DNA of 64,000 nt, taken from contig CM075993.1 in assembly GCA_038087875.1 (NCBI GenBank), positions 124,001-188,000 on the forward strand, read 5' to 3'. The translations under genes and the position numbers were made by a program. Shown here piece by piece: positions 61,620 through 64,000 of the stretch. Source of the stretch: Malacoraja senta (lineage: Eukaryota). Below the pieces are notes generated by a model. That model did no database searches. It was given only the letters and a program-made list of their open reading frames with translations, and had not been told where the DNA came from. Every line of letters begins with the position of its first letter. Position 1 is the stretch's first letter.

Positions 61620-63847
61620 TGGAGTATGTATAATTCAAGCACTCTTTTGAAAGGGATAATGGATTATTGGAAGTACAAAAAAATACAAGAATATTACGAA
61701 GAAAGATTGAGACGGCTAAGCAACAATTTTTGGAGGAGAAGAGAACGGATAAAAAGTTATGAAGTGCTTTAATGGGATGCAGATGAAGAAGCTAAATACC
61801 TCAAAGTTAGACACAAAATGCTGGAGTATCTCTGCAGGACAAGCATCTCTCGAGAGTAGGAATGGGTGACATTTTGGGTTGAGACCCTTCTTCAGACAGT
61901 CAGGGGAGAGGGAGACTAGAGATATGGAAGGGTAAGCTGTGAAAATAACAGATCACAGCAGATGATGATCAAGGAAATATTGAATGGTTCATTGTTGGCT
62001 GAGGGGAAAGTGACAACGAGGCATACAATCAGCAAAATTAATCAGGAGGATAATGAAACTCGTCAGAGAACTAGGGGAGGGAGGGACGGAGAGAAGGGGA
62101 AAGCAAGGGTTACTTGAAGTGAGAGAAATCAATAGTCATACCGCTGGGTTGTAAGCTGCCCAAGTGAAATTCGAATTTCACTGTACCTTAATTAGTACAT
62201 GTGACAATAAACTGACCTTAACCTTGAAACCTTGAAATACCTCTCCTGGATTTGCTTATATGTGGAAATAATTTCATCTATTTGTACAATTATCACACGT
62301 ACAATAATTTCAAAACTTGCCTGTCAGGTTCGCTTTAAATCTTTCCCCTCTCATCTGAAAACTATGTCCTCCAGTTTTAAACTTCTACACCCTTGTATAT
62401 AGACTGTGACCATCCATGTATCCATAAGCTGTAAATTGATTGATTGAAATCATATTGTCTTTCTGCTGATTGGTTAGCCGCACCAAACGCTTTTCACTGT
62501 ACACATGACAATAAACTAAACTGAACTGAATTTTATAGACCTCTATAAGATCATCCTTCAGCCTCCTTCGCTCCAGGGAAAACAATTCCAATTTATCAGG
62601 TCTCTCCTTTTAAGTCAAGCCCATTCCCAGTAGTTTTGTGTGACTTTTCTGTAGAATGGTATTGTGACAAATTGTATGAATGTGGTATATTTTTGAGAAA
62701 AAAATAGACCCAGTTTCCTGTTCTTGTCATTGGCTATCAGCTAACTTGACTGTATGTAAATAAGTATGTGTAACCAGGCACCATTTTAGAGTGCATGAGT
62801 CTGGGAATTGAAAACTGTTTAAAGACTGTTTTACCAATGGATAGAATTGAAAATAATGAGAGGTGAGTTTGGAACACCCTGAGGACATTTGTCAGCTTTC
62901 TCATAGATTTTAATTGGAAGAAAGCCAGTAAATCTTTTTTTTTTTTGGTAAAACACGGCCATTCCTTTGACCATCAATTCAATTAATGGATAAAGATTGA
63001 TAGATAAGAAATTAAATGAGAAATGTTTAATTGGAGAAAATTGGTCACACAGTGGTCATAACAGTTATGGTATCACAAGTGCTTCGGTTATGACAAATGC
63101 TGCATCCTTATTTTCAAATGTTTTGTTGAACAATAGCATATTAGTTAAAATTGGATAGATTCCTGAATAGTTTGTTCAAGAAAGACATCAATAGTATGTA
63201 TCTCGCCAATGATTACTCCAAGCTTATTACCCAGAACTTGGTTAGCTACCTGCCTCAGTAGAAATGAAATTCTATATTTTACCATCTGGCCTGGACATGG
63301 AGTATAGTGGAAATCAGTCAGATTCAGACATGTCGCTTACTGCCCACGATCCCTGCTGAAGAGCTTATGCAGATGAACTCTGGCATTTTGTCCTTGTAGT
63401 AAAATAACCGACTGATGTTCATTATGATAGCTTTTAAATGAGATATCACTTCTTCTAACTGTGGACCAATTCTCCATTAGGAATTGGTGCTTTAAGGAGA
63501 GGAAATAAAATGTCAGAATTGTATTTGTTACATGTTGTCATTGCTCCTTCAGGAATACAATATTGATCTGACATGCCAATAAAGGTTCTAGTATGGATTA
63601 TGATTCCTTGACGTTTTAATATCTGAATGCTTTATTTTTGTTCAAAATATACTTCAGTCATGATGTTTGTAAATATTTATGGACATTCATGAGACACATA
63701 GTAATAAAAATCCTTTGATTTATAAGGATATCAGTACATTAGCATGAATTTGGTATTTACCCGCCGTACAGTTCAAAAATGTTAAATTCAAAAGGTTTCC
63801 ACAGGAGGTCCAGCCCTTAAGTCTGCACTATTGGCAATCCCCTAGAC

Positions 63848-64000
63848 CAGGGGTGGGCAACCTTGTTCTGCATAGGGGCCGGGACGCATGTCTGTAAGCG
63901 GATGGCAGGCCACATCTATCACGTGTACACATGGGTCCTGCCCCCATCCCGCCCCGGATGATTTCGTGTTACGGGCTGCATTGTAGGTTGCCGAACCCTG
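63848..64000. mobile_element. hAT (Charlie-like) MITE, 153 bp
   Basis: Imperfect TIRs CAGGGGTGGGCAACCT / AGGTTGCCGAACCCTG; left flank CCCTAGAC resembles a Charlie target site. The right TSD would lie outside the window. Confidence 0.75.

Overview
Repeat-rich vertebrate genomic DNA, most likely from a cartilaginous fish (skate/ray-like, inferred from the HE1/V-SINE, CR1 and Penelope repeat content). The only recognisable host gene is OTUD7A (+ strand): its first three coding exons lie at 53272-53356, 57094-57255 and 59759-59977, with a probable CpG-island promoter near 37.4 kb preceded by a CpG-rich ~41-bp VNTR. The rest is mostly transposon debris (CR1, L2, Rex1/Babar, RTE, Vingi, Penelope, Gypsy, hAT, Tc1, Helitron, SINEs). 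About 10.3 kb (15237-25556) is repeated almost exactly across a 200-N gap (25757-36079), probably a false assembly duplication. The most unusual items are: (i) an unidentified transcription unit at 14.1-15.8 kb with a CCAAT/GC/TATA promoter and canonical small introns, whose third exon is followed by an inverted copy of itself (candidate long-hairpin/endo-siRNA locus, with a paralogue at 20.4-21.45 kb); (ii) short Penelope-derived insertions carrying a minimal hammerhead-like core and clean target-site duplications; (iii) a recursive-splice-site-like acceptor (CAG|GTAAGA) on a frame-symmetric OTUD7A exon; (iv) a composite Helitron in an OTUD7A intron. All calls were made by eye; no alignment, folding or database search was run.
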